From a virus (taxonomy: Duplodnaviria > Caudoviricetes): a DNA stretch of 64,000 bases. Positions within the stretch are counted from its first letter, which is position 1; every line of letters begins with the position of its first letter. Position numbers and translations under genes: made by a program. Positions 18,581 through 32,050 of the stretch are shown piece after piece. The stretch is from positions 11,469 to 75,468 of IMG/VR virus record IMGVR_UViG_3300005758_000017; one strand, written 5' to 3'. The notes below the pieces were generated by a model. The model ran no database searches. It saw only the letters and a program-made list of their open reading frames with translations, and had not been told where the DNA came from.

Positions 18581-21500
18581 ATGGCTAAGAATCCAAAAAA
18601 ATTAAATCCAGTTTCAACACAGGTAAAAAATTATCCTGAACAGCACGACGGCAGTTTTGTCGAGCCTCGTGTTACTGGATTATTGCCAAACGTTTTTAGA
18701 ACAGATACAAACAAAAAATTACTAAGTGCAGTCTTGGAAGATTTACTACAACCAAGCGCAATGGAAGACTTGAATTATTCTGTTGGTCGTAGAACTACAA
18801 AGACTTTAGTAACAGACTATCTACCTCATGCTACTGCAAAAAGACAACTAGAAGCAGGTTCTGTAGTTTTCACAGAAGCAGGTGCTGAAACATTAAGCGC
18901 AGATGAAATTGCATCTGCATTGGGATTCAATGATAGAACAACAGAACCTAAAGTTCCTGTTAGTATATTAGACTTACCAATTGATCCTGACAAGTTTATC
19001 AACTGGGCGCATTACTATTGGATTGAAGAAGGTATGCCTGTTGTTTATATCAACGGTAGCGAAACTGAAACATTCAGTGTTCAACGTGATATCATTGGCA
19101 AATCTTTCTTTACAACTGCACCACAGAAGCAACAAGATAACCGCCGCCTTGAATTAAAAGATGGTATGAGAATCGTATTCCGTCAGTTTCCTGGTACATT
19201 GCCAATTGACGGTGACCTTGACATTGAATTAACTTCAAACGGCTTATCTAGTCAAGCTTTACCTTACGAACTAACAGCATACGATAAAACACAAGTTGGT
19301 TTAAGTGTTGACGGCGAGCTTAAAACATTAGGCGTTGACTTTAGTTTGCTTGGCAGCGAAATTCAATGGAAGACAACCCCGCCAGAATCTGGTAAAAATA
19401 TCTTTGTTCACCTACCTAATTATTTTATTAAAACTGACACAGATAAAACAGTAAGACGTTGGCAGGTAACCGGAGTTGGCAGTATTGATGGCATTAAGCT
19501 TTTAGGAAGAACACACCAATATACCAATACCACATACAGTAAGGCAACACAAACATTATGGGACAAGACAGCGGTTCCTTGGGAGAGCGTTGAATGGGAC
19601 GGTATTCTTCGAGGTATTAATGCAAAGCATTATGTAACACAACAACCTGGTGCAGAAAATAGAAATGCTAGTAGTAGAGCTAACGTATGGTATCATAAAG
19701 ATACCATCAGCGAAGTAGCTGAGTTTTTAGGTATCCCATTTAGCGATATTGCTACTGGTTCTAATCAGGCTATCCGTCCTATCGTTGAATTTGACAATAG
19801 GCTTGAGTTATTCAACCACGGAACACAATTTAGACAGTGGCCAAATTTAGTAATTAAAAGCGGTGTTTCACAAAACGACTTTTTAAACTTGCCACTTGCA
19901 ACTGTTTATACAATTAGCAACTCCCTTAAAACACCTATTCTTGCAACGGCATATACATCATTGATGGATAAGCTTCGCTTTGATGTAAGCATTCGCGTAA
20001 CTGTTAAGTCTGGCTTCAATACACAAACTGCAATTAATAAAGCAGACTTCACTGATAGCGAAGTATCTAAATTATACCAAGAAGAGGCAGCAGCCAAAGC
20101 GGCAAACAAGCCTTATAAGAAAATTTTATACTCTGTTGGAAATAATAAAATTAACTGGCTGATTAACCCGCCAGCTAATAACGACATTGTTACTGTTACA
20201 TACTTTATTAATCAAGTACCATTGTCAATGGTTAGAATCTTATGGCTAGTCAATGATCAGTATAAAAATAAAATTCTTACTTTATTAAATGATGGTATCA
20301 AAACAACAAGCGCAGTATTTGAAACAGCAAAAGATGGTGATGCAGTTGTTGTTGATACACCAATGGCATCAGACCCTGATTACTTGTTAGAGTATCACTG
20401 GAAAAATGGTGTAGCAATAAAAGCTCAAACACGAAAGAGTAGAACACAATTACCTACCTTTGAATTGTATGACGCTAATCTTGTTAAGCTAAGTGACAAT
20501 CCTAAGAAGCCTTTAATCACTAGCTCGACTATTATTGAGCCAGTAGAAGGTACTGTAGTTGATCCTGAATCGGGCTTTAAACTAAGCTTCTTACCAAGCC
20601 AATTTGATTATATCAGCAATGACAATCCGATTAAGAATGCAATGTATGACATTATTTTTAAGCATACATTACATGACTACTCATACTATACCGACGGTGA
20701 TGCAACTAAAACAATTCAAGGTCCTTATAGTTTTAGAAGAATCAGTGGCGATTTAATAACCAACGAAGTTAGCACTGGATACCAACAAGCATGGTTTAAG
20801 TTAAAGAGCTGGGTAGTTAAAACAGTCAAATCAGTTTCAAATCCAACAGTTGAATTTGATGCGTCAGTATGGCCTACATATAATTGGAAAGTTGAAGTTA
20901 GAGAAAACCAATTAGTATCTTTCTCTAAAGAAGGAATTAAGTCTGGTCATGGCCATAAACGACTAGTTGCCGCAAGGGGAGAAATGTTGCATCTTGATTT
21001 GTATATTTCAGATGCAAGTGGTTCTGCAACTATTTCAGGACACGGGTTAAGCGATGAAACGCTAATTTTTATCGACCATAAAATTTCTTACCAGATTCCT
21101 GAAAACGCACCATCACATTTAACATTGTCAATCGATGGCAGAAAGATCAGAATTGATGTTATTGACGTTAAAAAGGATCCAAGAAACTTAAAAGTTTGCA
21201 TCAACGGAATTCCAACAACCTATACAGCTAATAACACAAAGGACAGCAATGGCAACGTAGTGTTAGTATCAATTACTGTTGATGGAGTTGGCGACTTAGA
21301 AATTAAACATCAAGGCGATCAATTTGATTCTAACGATCACATTACTGCTACACCTGGTGCAGAACTAAATCCTTTCCAACTACTAAGCTTAGGAGAGTTT
21401 AGCCCAAGTAGATTGGTAAAAGTCTTAACTGATCAAATTGAAACAGCAAGATTGTACGATTCACAATCGTGGATTGATACTGCTAAAGCACCTGCACTAA

Positions 21501-24500
21501 ACGGTGCGTTAATGGTTGACAATAGTTCTATTAGAAATACATGGGCAAAACTAAAGTTTGCTCCAAATATCAGCGACATAATGGTAGCAAGATCTTTATC
21601 ATCATGGAGATGGTACAGAAAGTTCATTGACAAACTTGAAAGCAATTTTAATTTGCTAGACTATCAAGCGTTTACACCAAAAGAAAATCTTGATAGAATT
21701 TTAAATGAAATGCTTGTTGGCATTACATATAGTTCTGCTGATGCAGTTACTGGCATGGCCGTTCCTACAGATGCAATGAACTATGCCGAGTATCTAGCTA
21801 ATGGAACAAAAACAAGTTTTAAAATTAACACCGGTAACAATTCTTTATACACTGGCTTTTACGGACCTGATCTAGTTTACGTTTATGCAGATCACGAATT
21901 AGTGTCTAAAGATGATTATTACATACTACAAGACAACAACTCTGTTAACTTTGTTTCTGCACCTGCAGAAGGAACAGTTATTGAAGTTTATCATTGCAGT
22001 GAAGTAGAAGTTTATTCTAATATCCCTGCAAGTGCAGCCAAGCTGGGATTTAAGCGTCCAACAAGACCTTTCATTGATGCAGAAACAGTAGGCTCTGAGA
22101 CAAGAAAAATTATACGCAGACATGATGGCTCAAAGATTGCAATGTTTGGCATTGAAGAATCTGATCCTAGGAATTTAATCATTCTAGAACTAGAAACTAG
22201 AATGTACAACGGATGTACAAGCGTTATGCCACTTGAGGGTGATGGCGTAGAAACTAGATTATGGAACGCTAATGCAGTTAGCGCAACAGAATCCGTGACA
22301 CGAGCACAACTTGAATGGTTCGCACTAAACAATATTAATTACAGAGACAGAAATGACTTTGTTAATATTGATCCGTTGACTTGGAACTACAACGGAAGAA
22401 GTTGGAAGCGTTTATATGCTGACATGTTCAACACATATGAGCTACATGTTAAACCGTGGGTAGCGTTAGGCTACAACTACTTTAAGCCAGCCTGGTGGGA
22501 CGCTCACTATAGCTGGACAGATCCAGTTAAACGAGTAGCATTAGAAAATGCTTTATACCATGGTATCATCAGTGAGCCCGGTACTCCATTAACAACCAAT
22601 TCTATCTTTAGCAGAAAATCTGCTATTGAAAGTGTTAGCGAAAGAACAAGAAGCTTTCCAGTTGATGACAATGGAAACTTAATGGATCCTATGGCATGGG
22701 GATATCCTCAGCCTTCCTTTGATGTAGCTAGATTGCCTTGGGAAATCGGATCTTGGGGTCCAGCTGAAATGGCTTGGAAAAACAGTATTGCTGGCCAATG
22801 GGAAAATGCGTTGCACGCCATTGACAATATTAGTTTATCTGATGAATTCTTTGATGCAAGCATTAATCCTTACATTAGTCATATTCAAACTGATTCTGTA
22901 AGTGCCAAAGGATATAACTCCGTTGCTCCAAGTCAGTTTACACAAAGCCGACCAAGTATTGGTATTGGCGCATTAATATTTGAAGCATACAGAGAGTTCA
23001 ATCTAAACGGCGAAACTCCATTAGATGAGTTATTATCTATTGATACTAGACTACAATTTGGTCTAGGCGGTTTTGGCGACGGGATTACATCTCTTAAGAT
23101 GTATCACACCAAGTACCAGTCTGGCAGTTATGTGCCAGAAGAAGATTTCCTAATGACATTAAGCTCTGGCGTACCAACAAGTCGCCTAAGATATAGTGCC
23201 GTTAGAATCGAAAAAGATGATGTAGGTTTTAGAGTTTACGGCTTTGACCCTGGCCAACGTTATTTTGAAGTTTTAACACCTACTGCAAAAAGTGTTACCT
23301 CAAGTTTCCCAAGTAGTCGCAGACCGCTAGTTACACCTTATGGTGAATTTGTTGAATACTTAGACTGGAACAGAGAACCAGTAAAAGTTCACTACGGTGA
23401 TTATATTGAAAACAGCCAAGCACTAATTACTTTCTTGATGGGCCTAGGCGAATTCCAAGCGTCTCGAGGATTAGTACTAGATTCTATAAATGAAAGAGGA
23501 ACTATTACTAATTGGAAGCAGGCTGCTCTTGATGCACTTCAATGGATCAATGAGTTCTGGGGTAAAGATCACAACTGTATTGTTGGCGTAGCAACTGCTG
23601 ACGGCCTTAAGTTTATGCACGAACGCGGCATCCTAGACAGATTAGATGCAGATTTAGGACGTAATGGAAAGATTTTGTTTGGCAATGGCCGAAGCGCACT
23701 TGCACAAGACTTATTAATTACACGCGATTACGAAGAAAACACTGATAAAGTTGTTAGCATCAATGCTGAACAAATTGTTTATGCTGATTTTAGTGTACGT
23801 GAATACGACCACGTTGTATTTGTTCGTCGCGAAACAAAGTTTAATGATTTAATTGTAGATTTACAAACAGGTAACAGACTTGATGTGTTAACTCTTTCTG
23901 CAAGACGTACAATGGACTGGACTGGCCGTCCACATGCACGTGGTGTCGCACTAACAGAAACAGGGTTACTACCAGGCTTTGACACACTAACATCTGATAT
24001 TATCAACATTCACAAGCCTGAACAAAATGCTTTTGATGTAATTAAGTCAAGAATCGCTAAGAGCAACGTTGTTCCATCTAGAGCAACAGTTATCAACGAA
24101 GTTATTCAAAACAGAACAATGTCACACTTGTACCAACAAGGCTTACAAAGCGCAAGCGGTACGACATTAGCAATTAATGCATTGCTACGAAACGACAATA
24201 TTGACATACCTGGCAGAAAACAAGATATCCAGGTTAACGAACAATGGTTGTTTACTACAGGAAACTTTGGTAACCTTCGTAGTTCAAGAGTTTGGGAAGT
24301 TGAGCTACACAAGAAGGATTTTAATACTTCTAAGAAAGTTATTCGCTTTAGCGAAGATAATAGCGAAAACTTAAATGACAACATCATTGAATATAACAAG
24401 AAGGACAAGCGTTGGATTACTCGTCCCGCACTAACCTACGGATTTAGTAGACTAGATAGAACTACATTAGGTCTTGACGATACAACAAACTGGTTGCCAA

Positions 24501-27500
24501 ACGCTGGTATTGCTAATCTAATCGACACTGATATCCAAGTAGTTAAGATTGGTGATATTACCATTGATTCATTTAAGAACATTGATGAACTATCTAAGCC
24601 TATCACCGAAAGTGCAAGTGGCAATCTAACTACAGCAGACATTTTTAATACAAATGCATTTAGTCGATATATCAATTACGATCCAGATGATTTAGCATGG
24701 AACGAGGGAAAGCTATACAGGTCGACTGCTAAAATTCAAGGCTCATCAACTAGCGCATTTGATGCAGACCAATGGAACCTTGTTGAAATTGACAACAGAC
24801 TATTACCATCTGTATGGGTAAGCGACTTTGGATATATTGCTAATTCTAGATATAGAGGTGCATGGACCCCAGATGACCAGTATAAAGTCGGTGATCTAGT
24901 AGAGTATCAGGGACAAAACTATGTTTGCTCTACTGAACATACTGCATCAACATCTTTCATCAATAACAAGTTAACAAGCATTGCTGTGACAGCAGGCGGA
25001 CAAGACTATAGCAACGGTGAAACTGTTCGCGTAACCGGTGAGGACGGACAATTTTCCACTGGTAAAGTAAGAATCCGCAATGGCAAAATTTCTAGTATCA
25101 TCAATGTTGTTGATAACGTAGGCGGATTTGGTGCCGGAACCACAGTTAAGGTACTAGATTCAAACGGCAACGAACACCCGCTGTCTTCACGAGCATTGTT
25201 GGTACCAATAATTTCGCCTAGTGAAGATAGATCAACTGCTGGTGCTATAACATCAGTAAGTTTACCATCTAACTTCAACGGTGGAAATAACTATTTTGCC
25301 AATAACTTAACAGTTACTATTAACGGAACTGGCTCGGGCGCAGTAATTGTGCCAGTAATTGCAGACCAAGTAGCAACTACAAGAATTGTTCGTGGCATAC
25401 TAAAACTAAATCCTGGTGATTTAACAAATAATGGTACTGGTTATAAAGTAGGTGATACTTTAACAGCTACCAACGGTGATGGCAACGGCGACTCTGCAAT
25501 GTTCCAAGTGACATCTGTCCAGACAACAACTACAACAACAACTAACTTTGAATTTGTAGGTTCAATTACTGGAACAACATTAACAGTAACAGCAGTTTCT
25601 GTTGGTGCAATCGAGTTTGACAAAGAATTAACTGGAGCAGGCATAGTAGCAGGTACTAAAATATTGTCCCAGGTTACACCATTGACAGCAGGGGAAACAA
25701 CAAAAGGTGTTGGTAGATATGTTGTTAGCGCAAGCCAGACTCTTGCTAGCACTACATTAAAGAACACAACATCTGTTACTAGCGATAACGGTCCTATTAC
25801 TGGACTAACACCAATGACTAACCCGGTAACAAATACTCGAGGCGGCTTTGGTTACGACAGAGGAGTTTCTTATGCTCTAGTTGGCGGCAACGGCACTGGC
25901 GCAAGGCTAACTGTTTCTGAAACTATTGAAATTGACACAGGCGTTGTAATTTACGACACAGGTGTTATTACAGGATTTACAGTTTCCAACCCAGGTAAAG
26001 GGTACAACACTGGCACAACAATTACAATATCAAGAACAAAACCAAGAGCAACTGCCACAGTAGTCAACGGCATAGTTACTGCTATTACTGTAGACGAACA
26101 AGGCCGCGGCAAAAACATGGTTGGTTCAAATACCTCTATTCGAATTGTTTCTAATGGAGCATACGGTTCTGGCGCAACAGCTAAGGCAAATATTATCAAT
26201 GGACAATTAACAACTATTGATGTATTAACAGGTGGGTCAGGTTACGATTCTGGAGCAAGGGTTATTGTTGATGATCCTGAATGGAAAGAAGCAGTTACTA
26301 CATCAGTGTCTATTGCAGTAGGCAGCGGATCTGAAACATTATCAAATGTTGTTACGGCTGTATCCATAATCGACGGCGGCCTTGACTATACTAATGCCGA
26401 TCGCGTTGTAATCAGTGATCCAAATAGAGATAGCACATTGCCTGACGCAACAGCTAGCATTGGTAGCTTGATTAATGGCACAATAACAAGTGTTGAGATT
26501 GATAATCCAAATACAGCAAACTTCTTTGGAACTCCTGTTGTCAGTGTAGATAGTGGAAATAATTCTGCTACATTGGTACCAGTAGTACAATCATTCTGGA
26601 ATTTAAGGGCTACAGGTTATGGATGGAACGTTTTACAACTATTCTCTCCAATGTATGTCATTGAAGTATGTCCAAATGCATTAAATCCTGGCCTGAATGA
26701 AAGTAAAGTTACATTTGATAACCCACACGGATTAACAACAGGCGATTATTTTGTGTTGTCTGGCGGCAATGATGGAAACTATGACAAGGTGCATAGGGTT
26801 AAGGCCAAGGTCGATGATTACAACTTGCTAATTGAAGCACGTAGCACCAGCGACCAAATTATCTACAACATGGTTGCTTTCAAAATGCAATCAGTAAGAT
26901 TTGGTTCTAAAGCAGAATACGAAAAGAGCAAGCTAACATACGACTGGAAACGTGGTATGAAGGCATATATTGATCAGGACCCAACAAGCACAGACTTGCC
27001 AGAAGGAAATAGTTTCAACTACGAATTCACTGAACTAGAATTTGGAACTAACACAGGCGGTACTGACAAAGTTATTAACCACTCAAGTTATTTGATCAAT
27101 ACACCTGCAATTTACAAAGCACTATTGCTAGATATAAACAGCCAAGAAATACTGTCAACTCTTGAAGTATACGATCCATTTAAGGGCGTAGTAATTGACG
27201 ATGTTGGACAATACATTGATTACAAGTCATCTGTAGATCCTTCTGTTTATAACGTTGACGAATTAGGTATCAAAGACGATACTGTAGCTGAATATTGGGG
27301 CAAAGAAAAGCTAGGCACAATATGGTGGGATACTAGCAAGATTAGATACATTGAGTATGAGCTTGGTAGCTTAGAATACAGAGCCGAGAATTGGGGTAGA
27401 AAATTTGCCGACACTGAAGTTGTTGTTTATGAATGGGTATCTAGTTTAGATTTACCTACAGCTGACACCCCTGGTATCAAGCTTGACTACAGCAGTGGTA

Positions 27501-29323
27501 TTGGACAAGTTCGTTACGTTGAAGGAACAGAGATAAATGAGTTCAAGGTTCCTACAACTGTATACTATTACTGGAAGCGCGGCGTTAATACACTAACACC
27601 AACAACAAAGAGACCTTATGCAGCCAGTACTATTGAACAGGTATTAGATAATCCTGATGCAAATGGAGTTAGCTGGTTGTCACCTGTTGAAGTTACAAAT
27701 GATTCTGCTTCTATATTAATTTCTAATATCAATGATTATTTCTCTACAAGAGATAGTGTAATTTTAAGAATCGAGCAAAACCTACAACCAGAGCAAAAGC
27801 ACAGTACTGGTGTATTAGTAACTGAAGGATTTAATGGCGGTGAAGTTCCTGAGTTCTTATACGGACGCCTACGTGACAGTCTAGTAGGCGAGGACAAATA
27901 CAGAACTATTGAACCTATCAGATACGTTCCTCCGGGGTCAAGTGCAAATGGAATCAAAGTTAATGACCTAATAACATTTGTTGACTTAGATCAGGTTGAG
28001 TTTAGTTTTGTATCTAGCTATAGCGGAAACGACTTACCAGTATTAGCAGAAGTCAATGATGAACGTCCAGACGTTAAATTTGTTTGGAAAGACACAGGCG
28101 AATCTACATTTGGTGTATATCGTGCAAGGTACGATGTAACCAATGGTGAATTACTACATTCTCAGTCTCCTTCACTAAAACGTGTACATGCACCAATTAG
28201 TAAGAACGTTCTTAAAGATAATAAGTTCTACGCTGTAATTGAACGACCAAGGGCAGTACCAGACCCAGCGTTGCATCCGTTGCGCCGCTATGGTAACAAT
28301 CACGTGCCTAGAGCACAGTCTTGGTTTAAAAATGCTTCTAATGCTCGTAGAACATTTATTGATTGCGTCAATGACTTCTTATTGAAAATTGACGTTGTTA
28401 GCAAAAACAACTGGGATGAAAACTTAAGAACATGGCAACCATTGATGGGCTCTAAAGTATTACATTTAGATCCTGAATGGGCGCCGTTCTATGATCCTAA
28501 TGACAATCAAAATGGATTTATGCAACTTTGGGACTATGCGGATTATAGTCTTAACGGATACGTGCCTGGCAACGAAACAATTAAAATTGCTTCGTTAAGC
28601 GACTTGCCTGCGGCATTGGAAGAAACGCCAGACTTAACAAGATTTGCCGTAGTAAACTACTTAGGCATTACAACAGAGGTATACGACTATGACAATGGAA
28701 ACTTGTCAGTTGTTTATCGTAAAAATGGTACAATTCAAATTAGAGATTTGGCCGACTTAGCAGGCTGGGACACATCACGTTGGGATTCTAAACTATGGGA
28801 CCCAACTCGTTGGGACTTGGGACAGATATTAAAAGCACTACGCGAAAACATTTTTGTTGGGGCTGATGCTGGATATTTCAACTTGCTGTTCTTTGCAATG
28901 GTAAAAGAAAGCTTGGCACAGATTCCAATGGCAGATTGGGTCTTTAAGACAACTTACCTAACGGTTGATCAAAGCTCTAGCAATGACTTACAAAAGGCAG
29001 CATTGTACTACGATAAGAAAGACAAGCTAATCAAAGATTACATCAATGAAGTTAAGCCTTATCATAGTAAACAAATTGATAAGGGTAATTACTCTAACGC
29101 ACAGCAAGCCGTCCCAGTTAGTATCGACGAGGATGTTGTAATTACAGTTACTGAACCAGAATTGCTAGTTACAGGTGTAACCGAAAACAAAGTAATTGAT
29201 CGACGTCGCAATGGTGAGCCAACAATAGTTGAAGTAAACCAAAGACTGCTAACACAGGCAAACGAAAGACTAACGGTCAGAGACCACGTCTTAACACAAA
29301 TTATCGTCACCGAGGAAGGTTAA
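18581..29323 (+). CDS. Giant (3580 aa) baseplate wedge / fibre-attachment virion protein
   Basis: One uninterrupted ORF after gp6. It carries Ig-like modules, a CBM-like W-x5-Y-xxGD-xV unit near 24850, repeated ITVxxGGxGY units at about 24970-26590, and C-terminal [11 protein letters not shown]. Confidence 0.75.
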   Translation: MAKNPKKLNPVSTQVKNYPEQHDGSFVEPRVTGLLPNVFRTDTNKKLLSAVLEDLLQPSAMEDLNYSVGRRTTKTLVTDYLPHATAKRQLEAGSVVFTEAGAETLSADEIASALGFNDRTTEPKVPVSILDLPIDPDKFINWAHYYWIEEGMPVVYINGSETETFSVQRDIIGKSFFTTAPQKQQDNRRLELKDGMRIVFRQFPGTLPIDGDLDIELTSNGLSSQALPYELTAYDKTQVGLSVDGELKTLGVDFSLLGSEIQWKTTPPESGKNIFVHLPNYFIKTDTDKTVRRWQVTGVGSIDGIKLLGRTHQYTNTTYSKATQTLWDKTAVPWESVEWDGILRGINAKHYVTQQPGAENRNASSRANVWYHKDTISEVAEFLGIPFSDIATGSNQAIRPIVEFDNRLELFNHGTQFRQWPNLVIKSGVSQNDFLNLPLATVYTISNSLKTPILATAYTSLMDKLRFDVSIRVTVKSGFNTQTAINKADFTDSEVSKLYQEEAAAKAANKPYKKILYSVGNNKINWLINPPANNDIVTVTYFINQVPLSMVRILWLVNDQYKNKILTLLNDGIKTTSAVFETAKDGDAVVVDTPMASDPDYLLEYHWKNGVAIKAQTRKSRTQLPTFELYDANLVKLSDNPKKPLITSSTIIEPVEGTVVDPESGFKLSFLPSQFDYISNDNPIKNAMYDIIFKHTLHDYSYYTDGDATKTIQGPYSFRRISGDLITNEVSTGYQQAWFKLKSWVVKTVKSVSNPTVEFDASVWPTYNWKVEVRENQLVSFSKEGIKSGHGHKRLVAARGEMLHLDLYISDASGSATISGHGLSDETLIFIDHKISYQIPENAPSHLTLSIDGRKIRIDVIDVKKDPRNLKVCINGIPTTYTANNTKDSNGNVVLVSITVDGVGDLEIKHQGDQFDSNDHITATPGAELNPFQLLSLGEFSPSRLVKVLTDQIETARLYDSQSWIDTAKAPALNGALMVDNSSIRNTWAKLKFAPNISDIMVARSLSSWRWYRKFIDKLESNFNLLDYQAFTPKENLDRILNEMLVGITYSSADAVTGMAVPTDAMNYAEYLANGTKTSFKINTGNNSLYTGFYGPDLVYVYADHELVSKDDYYILQDNNSVNFVSAPAEGTVIEVYHCSEVEVYSNIPASAAKLGFKRPTRPFIDAETVGSETRKIIRRHDGSKIAMFGIEESDPRNLIILELETRMYNGCTSVMPLEGDGVETRLWNANAVSATESVTRAQLEWFALNNINYRDRNDFVNIDPLTWNYNGRSWKRLYADMFNTYELHVKPWVALGYNYFKPAWWDAHYSWTDPVKRVALENALYHGIISEPGTPLTTNSIFSRKSAIESVSERTRSFPVDDNGNLMDPMAWGYPQPSFDVARLPWEIGSWGPAEMAWKNSIAGQWENALHAIDNISLSDEFFDASINPYISHIQTDSVSAKGYNSVAPSQFTQSRPSIGIGALIFEAYREFNLNGETPLDELLSIDTRLQFGLGGFGDGITSLKMYHTKYQSGSYVPEEDFLMTLSSGVPTSRLRYSAVRIEKDDVGFRVYGFDPGQRYFEVLTPTAKSVTSSFPSSRRPLVTPYGEFVEYLDWNREPVKVHYGDYIENSQALITFLMGLGEFQASRGLVLDSINERGTITNWKQAALDALQWINEFWGKDHNCIVGVATADGLKFMHERGILDRLDADLGRNGKILFGNGRSALAQDLLITRDYEENTDKVVSINAEQIVYADFSVREYDHVVFVRRETKFNDLIVDLQTGNRLDVLTLSARRTMDWTGRPHARGVALTETGLLPGFDTLTSDIINIHKPEQNAFDVIKSRIAKSNVVPSRATVINEVIQNRTMSHLYQQGLQSASGTTLAINALLRNDNIDIPGRKQDIQVNEQWLFTTGNFGNLRSSRVWEVELHKKDFNTSKKVIRFSEDNSENLNDNIIEYNKKDKRWITRPALTYGFSRLDRTTLGLDDTTNWLPNAGIANLIDTDIQVVKIGDITIDSFKNIDELSKPITESASGNLTTADIFNTNAFSRYINYDPDDLAWNEGKLYRSTAKIQGSSTSAFDADQWNLVEIDNRLLPSVWVSDFGYIANSRYRGAWTPDDQYKVGDLVEYQGQNYVCSTEHTASTSFINNKLTSIAVTAGGQDYSNGETVRVTGEDGQFSTGKVRIRNGKISSIINVVDNVGGFGAGTTVKVLDSNGNEHPLSSRALLVPIISPSEDRSTAGAITSVSLPSNFNGGNNYFANNLTVTINGTGSGAVIVPVIADQVATTRIVRGILKLNPGDLTNNGTGYKVGDTLTATNGDGNGDSAMFQVTSVQTTTTTTTNFEFVGSITGTTLTVTAVSVGAIEFDKELTGAGIVAGTKILSQVTPLTAGETTKGVGRYVVSASQTLASTTLKNTTSVTSDNGPITGLTPMTNPVTNTRGGFGYDRGVSYALVGGNGTGARLTVSETIEIDTGVVIYDTGVITGFTVSNPGKGYNTGTTITISRTKPRATATVVNGIVTAITVDEQGRGKNMVGSNTSIRIVSNGAYGSGATAKANIINGQLTTIDVLTGGSGYDSGARVIVDDPEWKEAVTTSVSIAVGSGSETLSNVVTAVSIIDGGLDYTNADRVVISDPNRDSTLPDATASIGSLINGTITSVEIDNPNTANFFGTPVVSVDSGNNSATLVPVVQSFWNLRATGYGWNVLQLFSPMYVIEVCPNALNPGLNESKVTFDNPHGLTTGDYFVLSGGNDGNYDKVHRVKAKVDDYNLLIEARSTSDQIIYNMVAFKMQSVRFGSKAEYEKSKLTYDWKRGMKAYIDQDPTSTDLPEGNSFNYEFTELEFGTNTGGTDKVINHSSYLINTPAIYKALLLDINSQEILSTLEVYDPFKGVVIDDVGQYIDYKSSVDPSVYNVDELGIKDDTVAEYWGKEKLGTIWWDTSKIRYIEYELGSLEYRAENWGRKFADTEVVVYEWVSSLDLPTADTPGIKLDYSSGIGQVRYVEGTEINEFKVPTTVYYYWKRGVNTLTPTTKRPYAASTIEQVLDNPDANGVSWLSPVEVTNDSASILISNINDYFSTRDSVILRIEQNLQPEQKHSTGVLVTEGFNGGEVPEFLYGRLRDSLVGEDKYRTIEPIRYVPPGSSANGIKVNDLITFVDLDQVEFSFVSSYSGNDLPVLAEVNDERPDVKFVWKDTGESTFGVYRARYDVTNGELLHSQSPSLKRVHAPISKNVLKDNKFYAVIERPRAVPDPALHPLRRYGNNHVPRAQSWFKNASNARRTFIDCVNDFLLKIDVVSKNNWDENLRTWQPLMGSKVLHLDPEWAPFYDPNDNQNGFMQLWDYADYSLNGYVPGNETIKIASLSDLPAALEETPDLTRFAVVNYLGITTEVYDYDNGNLSVVYRKNGTIQIRDLADLAGWDTSRWDSKLWDPTRWDLGQILKALRENIFVGADAGYFNLLFFAMVKESLAQIPMADWVFKTTYLTVDQSSSNDLQKAALYYDKKDKLIKDYINEVKPYHSKQIDKGNYSNAQQAVPVSIDEDVVITVTEPELLVTGVTENKVIDRRRNGEPTIVEVNQRLLTQANERLTVRDHVLTQIIVTEEG

Positions 29324-29356
29324 AGCGGGTTTTTTAAAAAACGCTAAATATTAGAT

Positions 29357-29980
29357 ATGAACACACAAGAAATTCCAGTTAGTGTCGAAGGATTTGTTGT
29401 CATCAAAGACTTAACAAATGACAGAGTCCTATACCAAGGCCGCAATGCTATACATCAAGAAAATATGAGTGTAGCATTGGCGCAGGCTCTTAGCCGCGGT
29501 GCAGGCTCTTTTGTTAGTGAAATGTGGTTTGGATGCGGTGCCGCAATCATTGCAACTGACGGCACAATATCCTATAGAAAGCCAAACGTCAATGGCGTAA
29601 ATGCTGACTTATACCAACCCACATATTTTAGAGTTATTGACGAAACAGACTACAATCGAGCGGCAGAATCCACTGACAATGTTACTATCGGGCACGTTGC
29701 TGGAACAAACTATGCAGATACTGTAGTAACAGTAACACTAAGCAACACTGATCCTTTAAAAGGAGCAAGTGAGTTTAACTTATACGATTATACAAATGGT
29801 AGCTTAGAAGCTACTGTTTATGACGGTGAATTTGAGTTCAATGAAATCGGACTAAAGACCAAGGGCGATAGTGGCTTAAAGTCTGGTAAATTGCTAACAC
29901 ATTTTATCTTTCACCCAGTCCAAAAAAGCGCAGATCAGACTATACAAATTGTGTATACCCTTAGAGTGCGGGCTGGATAA
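29357..29980 (+). CDS. Virion structural protein (tail/baseplate associated)
   Basis: G.NAIH.ENMS.ALA, FNEIGL and LLTHFIFHPVQKS...IVYTLRV motifs. Preceded by TAAATA. Confidence 0.6.
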   Translation: MNTQEIPVSVEGFVVIKDLTNDRVLYQGRNAIHQENMSVALAQALSRGAGSFVSEMWFGCGAAIIATDGTISYRKPNVNGVNADLYQPTYFRVIDETDYNRAAESTDNVTIGHVAGTNYADTVVTVTLSNTDPLKGASEFNLYDYTNGSLEATVYDGEFEFNEIGLKTKGDSGLKSGKLLTHFIFHPVQKSADQTIQIVYTLRVRAG

Positions 29981-30032
29981 ACGGATAAAACTAAATAGCA
30001 TAATGGCAGTTTAGCCAAAAGGATACGAAGAA

Positions 30033-31004
30033 ATGGCATACAATGTAAACAAAAGTGATGGTTATTCGTTACTAACACTACTAGACGGTGAAGTAGATAC
30101 TTCATACTCTAGCCTAGTACTGTTGGGGAAAAACTATCTTGGCTACGGCGAAATTATCGCTGAAAATTTTATCCATCTAGTTGAAAATTTTGCAGGTAAA
30201 GACCGCGCAGAATTAAACGCTCTAAATGGTCAACTCTATTACAATAGAGCACGTGGCCTGTTGCAAATCAACACAGGTGACGATTATACTACAAACGCTA
30301 ACGACTGGAAAAACATTGTAGCATTTAACGACGGTACTGGATTTGAACAAGCAGATATCAAAGAAAAGAATACAGGAATTTATCACCGTTGTATCAAGAT
30401 TTTTGTTAAAAACGTTTTAGTTGGTATCCTAAGCAGTGATGGCGATTTTATACCTGATCCAAGTGAAGGCTTACAAGCTTTCTGCGGTGGCAATGTAGAC
30501 GGCACAGATGCTAACTTAGGCGAAGGCGACTATAACCACACAGGTACCATTGGTAAAGGCTTAAACTTAAACGCAAGTAGCGACTTTAAGATTCGCGGCG
30601 TTGCAGTTGAAGCTGAATTTGCCGACGTTGCTGAAATTTATGTAGGCGATGCAAGCTATGAGCCAGGCACATTAGTAGCACTTGGCGGCGAAGCCGAAGT
30701 AACACAAACAACATTAGTAGCAGATACAAACGTATTTGGTATTGTATCAACTCGTCCTGCTTACTTAATGAATGCAAAGCGTAAAAAAGATAAACATGCT
30801 CTTCCAATTGCCGTAGCTGGTCGTATCCCAGTTAAAGTTGTTGGCGCAGTTAAGCGTGGCGATCGTTTAGTATCGAGCGATATTCCTGGTGTTGCTAAAG
30901 CTGCCGTAGGCGATGAACCAGCATGGAGCATTGTTGGTAGAGCACTAAGTTCATTCTCAGGAACAGGCGTAGGCAAAGTAGAAGCCACAGTCGGAGCAAA
31001 ATAA
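30033..31004 (+). CDS. Tail fibre/spike protein with C-terminal intramolecular-chaperone (Peptidase G2-like) domain
   Basis: N-terminal MAYNVNKSDG...GKNYLGYGEIIAENFIHLVENFA. C-terminal ADVAEIY...YEPGTLV...GIVSTRPAYLMN...AGRIPVKVVG..KRGD.LV. Confidence 0.7.
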   Translation: MAYNVNKSDGYSLLTLLDGEVDTSYSSLVLLGKNYLGYGEIIAENFIHLVENFAGKDRAELNALNGQLYYNRARGLLQINTGDDYTTNANDWKNIVAFNDGTGFEQADIKEKNTGIYHRCIKIFVKNVLVGILSSDGDFIPDPSEGLQAFCGGNVDGTDANLGEGDYNHTGTIGKGLNLNASSDFKIRGVAVEAEFADVAEIYVGDASYEPGTLVALGGEAEVTQTTLVADTNVFGIVSTRPAYLMNAKRKKDKHALPIAVAGRIPVKVVGAVKRGDRLVSSDIPGVAKAAVGDEPAWSIVGRALSSFSGTGVGKVEATVGAK

Positions 31005-32050
31005 TGCCAATCAGCCGCAAAGATAAAATCACGGCTGAATACTTCAACTCATTAAAAGATAACGTTAATGAGTTGTATGGTGACATGCACGCCGGCGAAG
31101 GCCCTAGCAATGATCCATCTGTACAAGATGATATTCGTTGGGGCTGGGGCGGAGAAAATGTACCAGCAGTAGAACCCGGTGATAAAGTCACTGCCGATTA
31201 CACAAACGAAATTGTTAATCGCATTAACATCAGTACATTAAGAACAAATAGTTCTGATACAGAATTAGTTGTTGTTGCCAGTGGCGATAAAATTACAGCT
31301 GAGTTTTTCAATACAGCAACAAATTTATTAGAAGGTGCTCGCAACTCTAGAAACGAAGTTGATCCAGCACTTACTACTATTTCAACGTTGGCAACATTTA
31401 GCAGTAATGACGTTCCACCTTGGCATACACAATTAAGCAATACAATTACTTTAGATTTTGGTGGTTACGAAAGCGCCCGACATTTTTTCAATGCCGGTGG
31501 CGATATCCGTTTATCACTTAGCGCATCAGATGGTTCCAGCGCCGGTTATAGAATTTGGCGTAGTATCTTTGTTGATATGGGAACATTGAAACTAAATGTA
31601 GCAGACGCAATTAGCTTAAACAATCGAGGTATCACGCAGGGCCGAGGTTTTTCCGAATTAACATACAGTGATGAGCTACTATACACAAGCCCAGCTGGTG
31701 GCGGTGGCGGCTATGGTGGTTACGGCGGCTATGGTGGTTACGGAGGCTATGGAGGCTATTGTGGTTACGGAGGCTATGGTGGTTACGGTGGCTATGGTGG
31801 TTACGGTGGCTATGGTGGTTACGGCGGTGGCGGCTACGCTTCTAGCCGTTTAAAGCTATTTGGATCTATTCAAGATAACAAGTTAGTCTTGCGTACCTTA
31901 TTGGATCACCTAGGTTTAGGATGCGTTGTAAATGGAAAAGTATACATGACTGTTACAATGAGCCATCCAAATACAGTTACTGAAAACGGTGTTACACTTA
32001 CACTTCCAACCCCTTCAGTAACACAATCAATTCCTTGGCACATCGTCTAA
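31004..32050 (+). CDS. Tail fibre/short-fibre-like virion protein containing a (YGG)n tract
   Basis: Repeated GDKITA units, F...ESARHFFNAGGDIRLS motif, and GGGGG-(YGG)5-YCG-(YGG)7-GGY near the C-terminus. Confidence 0.65.
   Translation: MPISRKDKITAEYFNSLKDNVNELYGDMHAGEGPSNDPSVQDDIRWGWGGENVPAVEPGDKVTADYTNEIVNRINISTLRTNSSDTELVVVASGDKITAEFFNTATNLLEGARNSRNEVDPALTTISTLATFSSNDVPPWHTQLSNTITLDFGGYESARHFFNAGGDIRLSLSASDGSSAGYRIWRSIFVDMGTLKLNVADAISLNNRGITQGRGFSELTYSDELLYTSPAGGGGGYGGYGGYGGYGGYGGYCGYGGYGGYGGYGGYGGYGGYGGGGYASSRLKLFGSIQDNKLVLRTLLDHLGLGCVVNGKVYMTVTMSHPNTVTENGVTLTLPTPSVTQSIPWHIV
31697..31837 (+). repeat. In-frame 9/18-bp tandem repeat (GGCTATGGTGGTTACGGN) encoding a Tyr-Gly-Gly tract
   Basis: Directly visible tandem repeat with synonymous variation. 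It encodes 13 Yxx triplets. Confidence 0.95.

Noticed and set aside
11237-29310. Numerous 60-110 aa antisense ORFs inside structural genes
   Set aside because: They have no RBS, promoter or motifs, and are expected as shadows of long sense ORFs.
31697-31837. CRISPR array or non-coding tandem repeat
   Set aside because: No unique spacers. The repeat is in frame with third-position variation, so it is a coding repeat.
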